NCBI RefSeq assembly: GCF_007748075.1
Contig: NZ_CP036280.1
Span: 3,210,001 to 3,242,000, forward strand
From: Mucisphaera calidilacus
GTDB lineage: Bacteria; Planctomycetota; Phycisphaerae; Phycisphaerales; Phycisphaeraceae
Reading direction: 5' to 3'
DNA length: 32,000 bases
Part shown: in pieces, positions 17,711-25,749 of the stretch
Layout of the letters: each line of letters opens with the position of its first letter
Numbering within the stretch: position 1 is the first letter of the stretch
Position numbers and translations under genes: made by a program
The notes under the pieces: model-generated
Told to the model about the DNA's origin: nothing
Seen by the model: only the letters and a program-made list of their open reading frames with translations
The model's database searches: none

Positions 17711-19441
17711 ATGCTGCCATCATCCCCGAAGGGTGTCTTCGCAGTCTCGGCGGCGGCACTGTCTGCCCTGCTGATCACGGCGAGCACGACCGATGCCACG
17801 CAGACGTTTTACCTCGACTTCGACACCGTCATCGATGGCGTCGACGACGGCTCGTTCGTCCCGGGCGTGACGCCGGGCATCCCGCCAGCCGACGAGATCT
17901 ACGCCTACTCGCCGGAGCAGCGGTCGCTGATCGTCGAGTACCTCAACAGCACCATCGGCTTGTACGACATTGTCTACGTCGACGGCCTGCCCGCCATCCC
18001 CGGCGCCGGCTCGGTGATCCAGATGAACAAGGGCTTCGGCGCGGGGGCCGAGGGCATCGACTTCCGCAACCTCGACGACGACGACGGCGCCGGCGTCAAC
18101 ATGGTCAGCATCTACAAGTTCCTGAGCATCCCGCCCGAGTCTCTGAGCATAGACGACGTGGCGATCTCGACCGCCAACACGATCGGCCACGAATCGCTGC
18201 ACCTGATGGGCGCCCGGCACCATGACGCCTACGGGCCGATCGGCACGGGGATCGGGACCTTCCCGACAGACTTCACCCCGGTCTATCCCGGCCCGGTCGG
18301 AGCGCCGATGACCGACATCCACTTCATGTCGGCCCACGCGGGCGGATCGGGTTTTGGCGCGGGCCTCTTCACGCCGAAGTTCGTCGGCGAGCGCACCGCG
18401 ATCAAGCTCGAGGTCGCCAAGCCCTTCTCCGACGCGTTTGTTGACGCCGAGCTGGGTGGGAACAACGCCGTGCCCGACGCCCAGTTCGTGGACGTTGACT
18501 CCGGCGGCTTCCTGATGCCTTACCCGCCTCACCCCTTCCCCGAGCCGGACCGGAGCACGCCCGGGACCACGCCCGCACCGGAGGTGCCTGTCGAACTCAC
18601 CGGCGTCGCCAAGGTCGTGACCGGCAGTTTCGACCCGGGCTTCCTGCCCGACACCTACGCCTCCGACTACTACGAGTTCTTCGGCTTCGCGGGCGAGGCG
18701 TGGACGTTCGAGGTGATGTCCAAGATCCTTGAGGGTGGCGACCGCTACCTGGACAACGCCGACCCGGCGATCATCATCCTGGACTCGGCCACGACACTCC
18801 CCGTTCCCTATTACACCGATCCGTTCGGCGCGGGCAACGACGACGATGACGACGGCGAACTCGGCGCATCGGTCATCGACCTGATCCTGCCCTTCACCGG
18901 TTTCTACACCATCGAGGTTCTGGTCGCTGGCCCCTTCTACTCGGGCCCGCCCAAGAGCGGCATGGACGGCGGCTCGTACGAGCTGTTCATGTACACCGCC
19001 GAGACCACGACCGCCGTGCTGGGCGACTTCAACATCGATGGCGTGCTGACCATTGACGACCTCGACCTGCTCATCGCGGCGTTCGGGTCCTTCGACCCCT
19101 TCTACGAGCTCGCGGGCGACCCTGAGGTTAACGACGTCGACCTGCTCTTCTGGCTGGAGATGCTCTTCGGCACCGTGCCGGGCGACGCCAATCTCGACCG
19201 CAAGGTGGACCTACTCGACCTCTCCGCGCTCGCCTCGTTCTTCGGCCTCGCCGAGGCCGGCTGGTCGGGCGGAGATTTCAACGCCGACGGCGTCACCGAC
19301 CTGCTCGACCTGTCGCAGCTGGCGAGTGCTTTTGGCTTTGATGGCTCCGAGCCGCTGATCGCTCCGACGCCTGGCATCCCCGAGCCCTCGAGTCTGATGC
19401 CGCTGGGCCTGCTGATGCTGACGCGACGTCGCGCTCAGTGA
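17711..19441 (+). CDS. Secreted metzincin-type zinc metalloprotease with PPC (pre-peptidase C-terminal) domain, three dockerin-like repeats and a PEP-CTERM anchor
   Basis: - Strong RBS AAGGAGAG upstream of the ATG at 17711.
- Signal peptide MLPSSPKGVFAVSAAALSALLITAS.
- Zinc motif HESLHLMGARH (HExxHxxGxxH) at 18188-18220.
- PPC-like segment SDYYEFFGFAGEAWTFEV...GFYTIEV...GGSYELFMY.
- Dockerin/EF-hand-like repeats GDFNIDGVLTIDDLDLLIAAFG, GDANLDRKVDLLDLSALASFFG and GDFNADGVTDLLDLSQLASAFG.
- Tail IPEPSSLMPLGLLMLTRRRAQ. Confidence 0.85.
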   Translation: MLPSSPKGVFAVSAAALSALLITASTTDATQTFYLDFDTVIDGVDDGSFVPGVTPGIPPADEIYAYSPEQRSLIVEYLNSTIGLYDIVYVDGLPAIPGAGSVIQMNKGFGAGAEGIDFRNLDDDDGAGVNMVSIYKFLSIPPESLSIDDVAISTANTIGHESLHLMGARHHDAYGPIGTGIGTFPTDFTPVYPGPVGAPMTDIHFMSAHAGGSGFGAGLFTPKFVGERTAIKLEVAKPFSDAFVDAELGGNNAVPDAQFVDVDSGGFLMPYPPHPFPEPDRSTPGTTPAPEVPVELTGVAKVVTGSFDPGFLPDTYASDYYEFFGFAGEAWTFEVMSKILEGGDRYLDNADPAIIILDSATTLPVPYYTDPFGAGNDDDDDGELGASVIDLILPFTGFYTIEVLVAGPFYSGPPKSGMDGGSYELFMYTAETTTAVLGDFNIDGVLTIDDLDLLIAAFGSFDPFYELAGDPEVNDVDLLFWLEMLFGTVPGDANLDRKVDLLDLSALASFFGLAEAGWSGGDFNADGVTDLLDLSQLASAFGFDGSEPLIAPTPGIPEPSSLMPLGLLMLTRRRAQ

Positions 19442-20199
19442 TACGGGTCTTCCTGCGGAGCGGGGCGGTTGCTCAGCCGCTGGGCGAAGAGCCAGGACCA
19501 GAACTCGGGGTTGTCGTAGGTCTCGGTCCACGAGTTGTGACCGACGCCTGAGTAGAGCGTCAGCCGTGCGTTCTCGTGGCCGGCGGCGCGGAGCCTTTGA
19601 ACCGCGCGGAGCGACTCCTCGACCTCAACCACCGGGTCGGCGTCGCCATGGAACGCCCAGACCGGGATCTGGTGCCAGCCGATCACGCGTGCGTCGTACC
19701 AGGCCGCTCCGCCACAGATCGGGCCTATCGCGGCGACACGCTCGGGGATCTCCGCGGCGAGTGCCCAGGTCCCGAACCCGCCCATGCTCAGGCCGGTGAG
19801 GTAGATCCGCTCGGAGTCGATGCGGTGCTCGGCCTCCATCGCGTCGATCAGGGCCACCAGTTCGAACACCATCTGCGGCCACCAGCGGTCGGCAGGGCAC
19901 TGAGGCGTCACGATGATCGCGGGGTAGTGCTCGCCCTCCTCGATCCGCTTGCCCGGCCCCCAGGACTTGACTCGCTCGAGGTCGTCGCCTCGCTCGCCCG
20001 CCCCGTGCAGGAAGAGCACCAGCGGCCATCGGCGCTGCGGGTCATCGTTATAACCCTCTGGGAATGAAATGAGATAAGGCAGTTCCGCCTGACGCTCAAC
20101 CGTCACGTCGAGTCGGTCGGGGGTGAGTTGCGAGGTGGGGACGTCCGCGGTGGCCATCGTCATACATCCAATCAGCAGGAAAGGGATCAGAATACGCAT
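19435..20199 (-). CDS. Secreted alpha/beta-hydrolase (carboxylesterase/phospholipase family)
   Basis: - Strong RBS GAGGAGG upstream of the ATG at 20199.
- Signal/lipoprotein-like N-terminus MRILIPFLLIGC.
- LVLFLHGAGERG.
- Nucleophile elbow GLSMGG.
- FHGDADPVV and GVGHNSW (catalytic Asp and His).
- The 3' end overlaps the convergent protease gene by 7 nt. Confidence 0.85.
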   Translation of the reverse strand: MRILIPFLLIGCMTMATADVPTSQLTPDRLDVTVERQAELPYLISFPEGYNDDPQRRWPLVLFLHGAGERGDDLERVKSWGPGKRIEEGEHYPAIIVTPQCPADRWWPQMVFELVALIDAMEAEHRIDSERIYLTGLSMGGFGTWALAAEIPERVAAIGPICGGAAWYDARVIGWHQIPVWAFHGDADPVVEVEESLRAVQRLRAAGHENARLTLYSGVGHNSWTETYDNPEFWSWLFAQRLSNRPAPQEDPYH

Positions 20200-20812
20200 C
20201 GGGCGTCCTCCTCGGGGCTCATCGAATTCTAACCGTTTTCATATCCCCAAGATTAGGGAAGCGCTTCAAAAAATGCTTGGCGAACCGCCGCCGACCTGTT
20301 AGTTTAGTGAAATCATCTTCGTAAGGATTCGCACGGAGATCGCCATGCAGTTCGATCTGAACCCAACCCGCCCACACCCCCGCGTAGTCGCCCTTCCGGG
20401 ACTGCTGCTTCTCCGAATTCGTTCGGCGAGCTGACACGCACCCTCGCCGGGCTTACCCGCCCGGTTGGGGCTTCCGACCACTCTCGCTTCGACGCCACTG
20501 CCGCTCAATCACCAAGCTCCTCCGCCGGCCGATCCAACCGGCCAGGGCCCGCTCACCCGGGCGTGCACCGTATGTCGTTGCCGGGCCTCGTTGCCGTAAC
20601 GATCGGTCGATCGAGAGCGCGGGCACAGGGTGGCGTGCGGTGGTGCCTGCGATCCGTCTTCCGGCGATGAGGCGGGGACGGGGGCTGACTGGCGGGTGTG
20701 AATGTGGTAATCTCTGGGACGCTGCGTGGCGATCGCGTGGCGGGTTGGCGAAAGCCGACGACAACTGCCTGAACCTGCTGATGGCCGCCCGCCGGGCCAT
20801 GAGCAGACCTCC

Positions 20813-20903
20813 GGAGAGGTGGCCGAGCGGCTGAAGGCAACGGTTTGCTAAATCGTCGTAGGGATTAACTTCCCTACCGCGGGTTCGAATCCCGCCCTCT
20901 CCG
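20813..20903 (+). tRNA. tRNA-Ser (anticodon GCT)
   Basis: Hand-folded class II cloverleaf:
- acceptor GGAGAGG/CCTCTCC
- 3-bp D-stem GCC/GGC with loop GAGCGGCTGAA
- anticodon arm ACGGT-TTGCTAA-ATCGT (GCT)
- long variable arm CGTAGGGATTAACTTCCCTACC
- T-arm GCGGG-TTCGAAT-CCCGC
- discriminator G

Length is 91 nt and CCA is not encoded. Confidence 0.93.
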
Positions 20904-20906
20904 CTT
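20891..20906 (+). repeat. Direct repeat copy 1 (attL-like): the last 13 nt of tRNA-Ser plus 3 nt
   Basis: CCCGCCCTCTCCGCTT. It matches 22052-22067 at 15 of 16 positions. Confidence 0.85.
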
Positions 20907-20968
20907 TTTCACGTCTCGCAGACTCGGCTTATTCGCATGCTACGGGGACTTAAAACATATTCAGCGGG

Positions 20969-21919
20969 ATGAGAACACGCAGCACTAAGCGAGATCCAAT
21001 GAGCCGCGATGAGATCATGACCGAATCCGTAGCCATGTACGACCTCAGGATCGACCGCTCTATCTATCAGACATACATCGATAGAGTATTAAATTACTCT
21101 GATGAAGTTGAGCTAGATTTGAATTATGTTCAAGTGCATTCTGCGGGCTTTGGCCGCAAGCCGGCAACACTGAAAAGGCAGATATCAAAACTATATAGTA
21201 TTGATATATTAGATTGTAAGTATATTTCTTTTTATTGTATGGAGAAAGGTTCTAAAGACTGGCTACATGGGGCTAACGCGTATATAGGATTACGCATTCA
21301 GCCAGAGCAGAATTCAATGACGGAATGTAATTTTTATATATCTAGAAGTAAATACAATAATGCGTCAAGTATGGTTGAAGGCATAGCGAATATATTAATA
21401 CCAATATTAAAGCCAACCTATGCTATAGCTTATAAGCGTAAAATTAGATATTTACCATCCTGGTATGCAGCAGGAGGTATTGCCGGACTGCCATTGCCTC
21501 ATAAATGTACGCCAGACCAAAAGCATGAGAGAGAACGTATTGAAGCTTTCAGTTTTGCTAGTGGCTCCCACCAGCTCTACAACCACGGCATCCTCCGCGA
21601 TATCTACCTAGATAATTTTCTAACCCATCACCAGCTCGACGCCGACGTGCTCGGCCAGGCCCTCCGGGACTGGATCACATCGAGCCCCGACCACGGCGTC
21701 CTCGAACACTACTGCCAAGACATCTACCGCTGGTCAGTCCCCGAAGACAAGATCCAACCGGTCACGGACGTCATGTGGAAAGCCGGCCGGCTCCTTACCC
21801 GTGACGAAGCCGAGGAATACGTCTACCAGCTCGGCCTCGCCGAACGCCCTGCCTGCCGACAGCCCGGCTGGCACCTCAAAGACCCCAGGCCTGTCCCAGG
21901 CGACCCGTCCACATGGTGA
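20969..21919 (+). CDS. Orphan hypothetical protein (up to 316 aa) with mosaic nucleotide composition; cargo of the tRNA-Ser islet
   Basis: The frame is open across about 470 nt of AT-rich DNA (Lys/Ile/Asn/Tyr-rich, e.g. KYISFYCMEKGSKDW, NFYISRSKYNNASSMVEGIANILIPILKPTYAIAYKRKIRYL). A long open frame in AT-rich DNA is strong evidence for coding. The same frame continues into GC-rich DNA with C-ending codons (LRDIYLDNFLTHHQLDADVLGQALRDWITSSPDHGVLEHYCQDIYRW). The start is uncertain (ATG at 20969, 20999, 21017 or 21035). I see no TM segment and no motif I recognise. Confidence 0.7.
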   Translation: MRTRSTKRDPMSRDEIMTESVAMYDLRIDRSIYQTYIDRVLNYSDEVELDLNYVQVHSAGFGRKPATLKRQISKLYSIDILDCKYISFYCMEKGSKDWLHGANAYIGLRIQPEQNSMTECNFYISRSKYNNASSMVEGIANILIPILKPTYAIAYKRKIRYLPSWYAAGGIAGLPLPHKCTPDQKHERERIEAFSFASGSHQLYNHGILRDIYLDNFLTHHQLDADVLGQALRDWITSSPDHGVLEHYCQDIYRWSVPEDKIQPVTDVMWKAGRLLTRDEAEEYVYQLGLAERPACRQPGWHLKDPRPVPGDPSTW

Positions 21920-22051
21920 GCAAGAGACGATCGCAGGATCAAGCTTGCTCGTGAAATGCGCCTGAACGGTCCATGCCGCCTCCCTCTGACAATCGTGTAG
22001 GCCTCGCCCGTCTGCGGCTGTCGCACCGACGTCGGGCACGACCGTAGACGA

Positions 22052-22067
22052 CCCGTCCTCTCCGCTT
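22052..22067 (+). repeat. Direct repeat copy 2 (attR-like)
   Basis: CCCGTCCTCTCCGCTT, with one mismatch to 20891-20906. Its last 2 nt overlap the aqpZ stop codon (TTA on plus strand, 22066-22068). Confidence 0.85.
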
Positions 22068-22761
22068 ACGCCTCATCGGCTTCTGTGCTCACCAGCTTGT
22101 AGATCACCGCGCCGAGGACGCCGCCCACGATCGGTGCGACCCAGAACAGCCAGAGTTGCCCGACGGCCCAGTCGCCGACGTAGACCGCGACGCCCGTACT
22201 CCGTGCCGGGTTGACCGAGGTGTTGGTCACCGGGATGCTGATCAGGTGGATCAGCGTCAGACAGAGGCCGATCGCCACCGGCGCCAGACCCTGCGGTGCC
22301 CGCTTGTCCGTCGCGCCCATGATGACGAACAGGAACATCATCGTCATGACGACTTCCGTCACGAGCGCCGCGGTCATCGAGTACCCGCCGGGTGAATGCT
22401 CGCCGTAGCCGTTCGAGGCGAAGCCGGCCGCCAGGTCGAAGCCCTCTTGGCCACTGGCGATCAGGTACAGGACCCCGCCCGCCGCGACCGCGCCGACCAC
22501 CTGGGCCACGATGTAAGGCACCGCATCCCTCGTGGGGCATCGTCCGCCCGCCAGCAGCCCGAGTGTCACCGCGGGATTCAGGTGACAGCCCGAGATATGA
22601 CCGATCGCGAAGGCCATCGTCAGGACCGTCAGCCCGAAGGCGAGCGAGACGCCCAGCAGGCCGATCCCGACCTCGGGAAACGCCGCCGCGAGCACCGCGC
22701 TCCCGCAGCCGCCGAGCACCAGCCAGAACGTCCCGATCAATTCAGCAAGATACTTATTCAT
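22066..22761 (-). CDS. aqpZ: Aquaporin Z
   Basis: The 231-aa product starts [26 protein letters not shown]. It has two NPA boxes ([12 protein letters not shown] and [10 protein letters not shown]) and six hydrophobic segments. The ATG at 22761 gives the canonical AqpZ N-terminus. Confidence 0.95.
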
Positions 22762-22891
22762 AGCGGGTATCCCTTTCACCAAGATGCGATAACAGACTCA
22801 AGAGGCGGCACGAAACGCTTAGACATCACCGCCCCGACGCAAACAGCCTACCCGCCGGGTCGTCGGTCCACCACCCCCGGGCGTGTCGTTC

Positions 22892-24310
22892 TCAGTCGCT
22901 TTCCTTGAACTGATTCACCAGGCCCGAGACGGTCGCCTTCGCGTCGCCGTAGAGCATCCGGGTCTTCTCCAGGAAGTAGAGCTGGTTGACGATGCCGCTG
23001 AAGCCCGCGCCCTGGCCGCGTTTGAGCGCGAAGACGGTCCTGGCCTCGTGCGCATTGATGATCGGCATGCCGTAGATCGGGCTGCTCGGGTCGTCCGCCG
23101 CCGCGGGGTTCACCACGTCGTTGGCGCCGATCACGATCGCCACGTCCACGGTCGGCATGAGCGGGTTGATGTCGTCCATCTCCACAAGCTGCTCGTAGGG
23201 GACGTCCGCCTCGGCGAGCAGCACGTTCATGTGCCCGGGCATGCGGCCGGCCACGGGGTGGATGGCGTACTTGACGTCGGTGCCGTTGGCCTCGAGCAGT
23301 TCGCCAAGCTCGTGCACCGCGTGCTGCGCCTGCGCCACCGCCATGCCGTAGCCGGGGATGATCACGACACTCGAAGCGGCCTCGAGCACGAAGTAGGCGC
23401 TGTCGATCGACCCCGCCTTCATCTCGCCCTCGACCTTGGCGCCGCTCGAGGATCCGCTGGCACCGAAGCCGCTGAAGAGCACGTTGGCGAGGCTGCGGTT
23501 CATCGCCTTGCACATGATCAGCGTCAGGATCAGCCCGCTGCAGCCGACCAGGCAGCCGGCCACGATGAGCACGTTGTTGAGGATGACAAAGCCCGCCGCC
23601 GCCGCCGCGAGACCCGAGAGGCTGTTGAGCAGGGCGATCACCACGGGCATGTCGCCGCCGCCAATCGGCAGGACGCCGAACACGCCCAGCACCAGCGACA
23701 GGATCACCATCACGATGAACAGCACGTTCATCAGACCGGGCGTCAGGCCGATGTCCGGCCCGACCGCGAGCAGGGCACCCAGCCCCGCGGCACCGAAGAG
23801 CAGGGCGGCATTGATGAGCGTCTGCCCCGGGAGCACGACCGCCTTGCTGCCGAGCTTGCCCGAGAGCTTGCCCCACGCCTGCACGCTGCCCGAGAGCGTG
23901 ACGCCGCCGATGATGACCGCCAACGCGATGACGCTGATGGTGAACTCGACCGGGACACCCACCGAACCCGTAAAGCTCTCTCCCGCGACCCGGTTCCACT
24001 CCGCCCAGCCGACGAGCATGCTCGCCGCGCCGCCGAAGCCGTTGAACAGAGCCACCATCTCGGGCATGGCGGTCATCTTGACCAGCCGGGCCGCCAGGAA
24101 GCCGATCGCCGAGCCGACCAACAGCCCGCCGACGATCCATGAGTAGTTCAGGCCCGCATCAAAGAGCGTCACCACCACGGCCAGCAGCATGCCGAGCGAC
24201 GAGATGAGGTTGCCGCGTCGCGCCGACTTCGCCGAGCCGAGCATCTTGATGCCTACCACAAACATGATCGACGCGATGATGTAGGCGAAGTTGATGAGCA
24301 GCGGGTTCAT
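22892..24310 (-). CDS. pntB: NAD(P) transhydrogenase subunit beta
   Basis: The 472-aa product has a multi-TM N-terminal domain (MNPLLINFAYIIASIMFVVGIKML) and a C-terminal NADP(H)-binding dIII domain (IIPGYGMAVAQAQH, HPVAGRMPGHMNVLLAEA, IGANDVVNPAA). Its start overlaps the pntAB stop. Confidence 0.95.
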   Translation of the reverse strand: MNPLLINFAYIIASIMFVVGIKMLGSAKSARRGNLISSLGMLLAVVVTLFDAGLNYSWIVGGLLVGSAIGFLAARLVKMTAMPEMVALFNGFGGAASMLVGWAEWNRVAGESFTGSVGVPVEFTISVIALAVIIGGVTLSGSVQAWGKLSGKLGSKAVVLPGQTLINAALLFGAAGLGALLAVGPDIGLTPGLMNVLFIVMVILSLVLGVFGVLPIGGGDMPVVIALLNSLSGLAAAAAGFVILNNVLIVAGCLVGCSGLILTLIMCKAMNRSLANVLFSGFGASGSSSGAKVEGEMKAGSIDSAYFVLEAASSVVIIPGYGMAVAQAQHAVHELGELLEANGTDVKYAIHPVAGRMPGHMNVLLAEADVPYEQLVEMDDINPLMPTVDVAIVIGANDVVNPAAADDPSSPIYGMPIINAHEARTVFALKRGQGAGFSGIVNQLYFLEKTRMLYGDAKATVSGLVNQFKESD

Positions 24311-24594
24311 CAGCGACCCTCCTTGTCGCGGAACATCGCGAGCATCCGGTCGGTGACGAAGTAGCCGCCGACGACGTTGATGGTCGCCAGCACCAGCGCG
24401 AGCACACCCAAGATCAGATCGAACCCGCCCGCCCCGACACGCACGGCGAGGATCGCGCCGACGATCGTGATGCCGCTGATCGCGTTCGATCCGGACATCA
24501 GCGGCGTGTGCAGCTGCGACGGAACCCGTTTGATCAGCTCGTAGCCGAGAAACGCGGCAAGCGTAAAGATAAACAGGAGTTGGATGAGGTCCAT
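24310..24594 (-). CDS. pntAB: NAD(P) transhydrogenase subunit alpha part 2 (membrane dII fragment)
   Basis: The product MDLIQLLFIFTLAAFLGYELIKRVPSQLHTPLMSGSNAISGITIVGAIL... is typical of the small alpha-2 subunit in three-gene pnt operons. An alternative ATG at 24615 would add 7 residues. Confidence 0.9.
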   Translation of the reverse strand: MDLIQLLFIFTLAAFLGYELIKRVPSQLHTPLMSGSNAISGITIVGAILAVRVGAGGFDLILGVLALVLATINVVGGYFVTDRMLAMFRDKEGR

Positions 24595-24618
24595 ATCACA
24601 CTCGCGGTGGGGCATCGA

Positions 24619-25749
24619 TCAGGACGACGTCCTGAAACGTTCGTGAACGACCTGACCGCCATCGGTCAGCACACAGCCCTTGAGGATCTCGTCGGTGAGA
24701 TCCCAGTTCAGGGTCTTGGATTCCTTGTCCCAGAAGTGCTCGATCAGGTTGGCGAGGTTCGCCGCGTAGACCTGACTCGCGTGGTGGGGGATACACGCCT
24801 CGAGATTCGCCGTGCCGATGATCGTGACGCCGTTGTCCGTGACCACCTCCTCGTGGACACGCGTGCCCTCGACGTTGCCGCCCGTCTCGGCAGCCAGGTC
24901 GACGATCACGCTCCCCGGTTTCATCCCCGCCACCATCTCCGCCGTCACGACTCTGGGCGCCGGCCGGCCGAACAGCTTGGCGGTCGTAATGACCAGGTCG
25001 CTCTGGGCGCACACCTTCGCCATACCCTTGCGTTGCGTCTCGATCTGCTCCGGTGTCAGTTCCTTGGCATAGCCCTGATCGGTCTGCCCGGTCTCGCCGA
25101 GATCAATCTTCACGAATTTAGCGCCGAGCGAACGCACCTGCTCCTCAACGACCGGGCGCGTGTCGAAGGCATCCACCCGGGCTCCCAGCCGCTTGGCCGT
25201 TGCGATCGCCTGCAGCCCGGCCACGCCGACACCAATGACGAAGACGCGTGCCGGGGCGATCGTCCCGGCGGGGGTCATCATCATCGGCATCATCCGGTCC
25301 ATCCGCTCGGCGGCACGGATCACCGCGAAGTAACCCGCGAGGTTCGCCTGCGAACTGAGAACATCCATTTTCTGCGCGAGGGTCGTCCTGGGCATCATCT
25401 CCATGGATACCGCGCGAACATCACGCGACGCTGCGGCCTCAAGCAGCTCCGGCGCGTTGAACGGGTCGAGCAGGCTCAGGTGGATGGCGTTCGCCTTCAG
25501 GCCGTCGAAGTCGGAGACTTCGGGTTTGCGCACGCGAAAGACGATGTCTGCTTCCGCAAGACCCCGCGACGGATCATCGATCAAGCTCACGCCCGCTTCG
25601 CGGTACAGCGCGTCGGGATACTGGCTCCGTCGGCCCGCCCCCGTCTGCAAGCCGACCTCCAGGCCGAGATCGATCAGCTTCGCTGCCGTCTCAGGCGTCA
25701 GCGCGACGCGGGTCTCATCAGGTTTCTCGCTGAGGCAGAAAAGTCGCAT
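24619..25749 (-). CDS. pntAA: NAD(P) transhydrogenase subunit alpha part 1 (NAD(H)-binding dI)
   Basis: The 376-aa product resembles alanine dehydrogenase/PNT N-terminal domains. It has the Rossmann motif VFVIGVGVAGLQAIATAKRLGARV, plus SMEMMPRTTLAQKMDVLSSQANLAGY and VIVDLAAETGGN. Confidence 0.95.
   Translation of the reverse strand: MRLFCLSEKPDETRVALTPETAAKLIDLGLEVGLQTGAGRRSQYPDALYREAGVSLIDDPSRGLAEADIVFRVRKPEVSDFDGLKANAIHLSLLDPFNAPELLEAAASRDVRAVSMEMMPRTTLAQKMDVLSSQANLAGYFAVIRAAERMDRMMPMMMTPAGTIAPARVFVIGVGVAGLQAIATAKRLGARVDAFDTRPVVEEQVRSLGAKFVKIDLGETGQTDQGYAKELTPEQIETQRKGMAKVCAQSDLVITTAKLFGRPAPRVVTAEMVAGMKPGSVIVDLAAETGGNVEGTRVHEEVVTDNGVTIIGTANLEACIPHHASQVYAANLANLIEHFWDKESKTLNWDLTDEILKGCVLTDGGQVVHERFRTSS

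Larger units (their letters stand above)
20891..22067. mobile_element. Small integrase-less genomic islet (about 1.16 kb) inserted at the 3' end of tRNA-Ser(GCT)
   Basis: It is bounded by the 15/16-nt direct repeat. It contains a single ORF and a sharp local drop in GC (about 21075-21545). The distal repeat abuts the stop codon of convergent aqpZ. Confidence 0.7.

Noticed and set aside
20681-20720. GGGGCTGAC..., resembling the conserved 5' start of tmRNA (GGGGCUGA), upstream of a tRNA-like 3' end
   Set aside because: The downstream element folds as a complete, ordinary class II tRNA-Ser with its own acceptor stem. The span (about 220 nt) is too short for tmRNA, and I see no resume codon or tag ORF.
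21918-21950. The hairpin GAGCAAG...CTTGCTC after the islet ORF, as a terminator
   Set aside because: It has a 7-bp stem with a 19-nt loop and no T-tract, so it is not a convincing intrinsic terminator.
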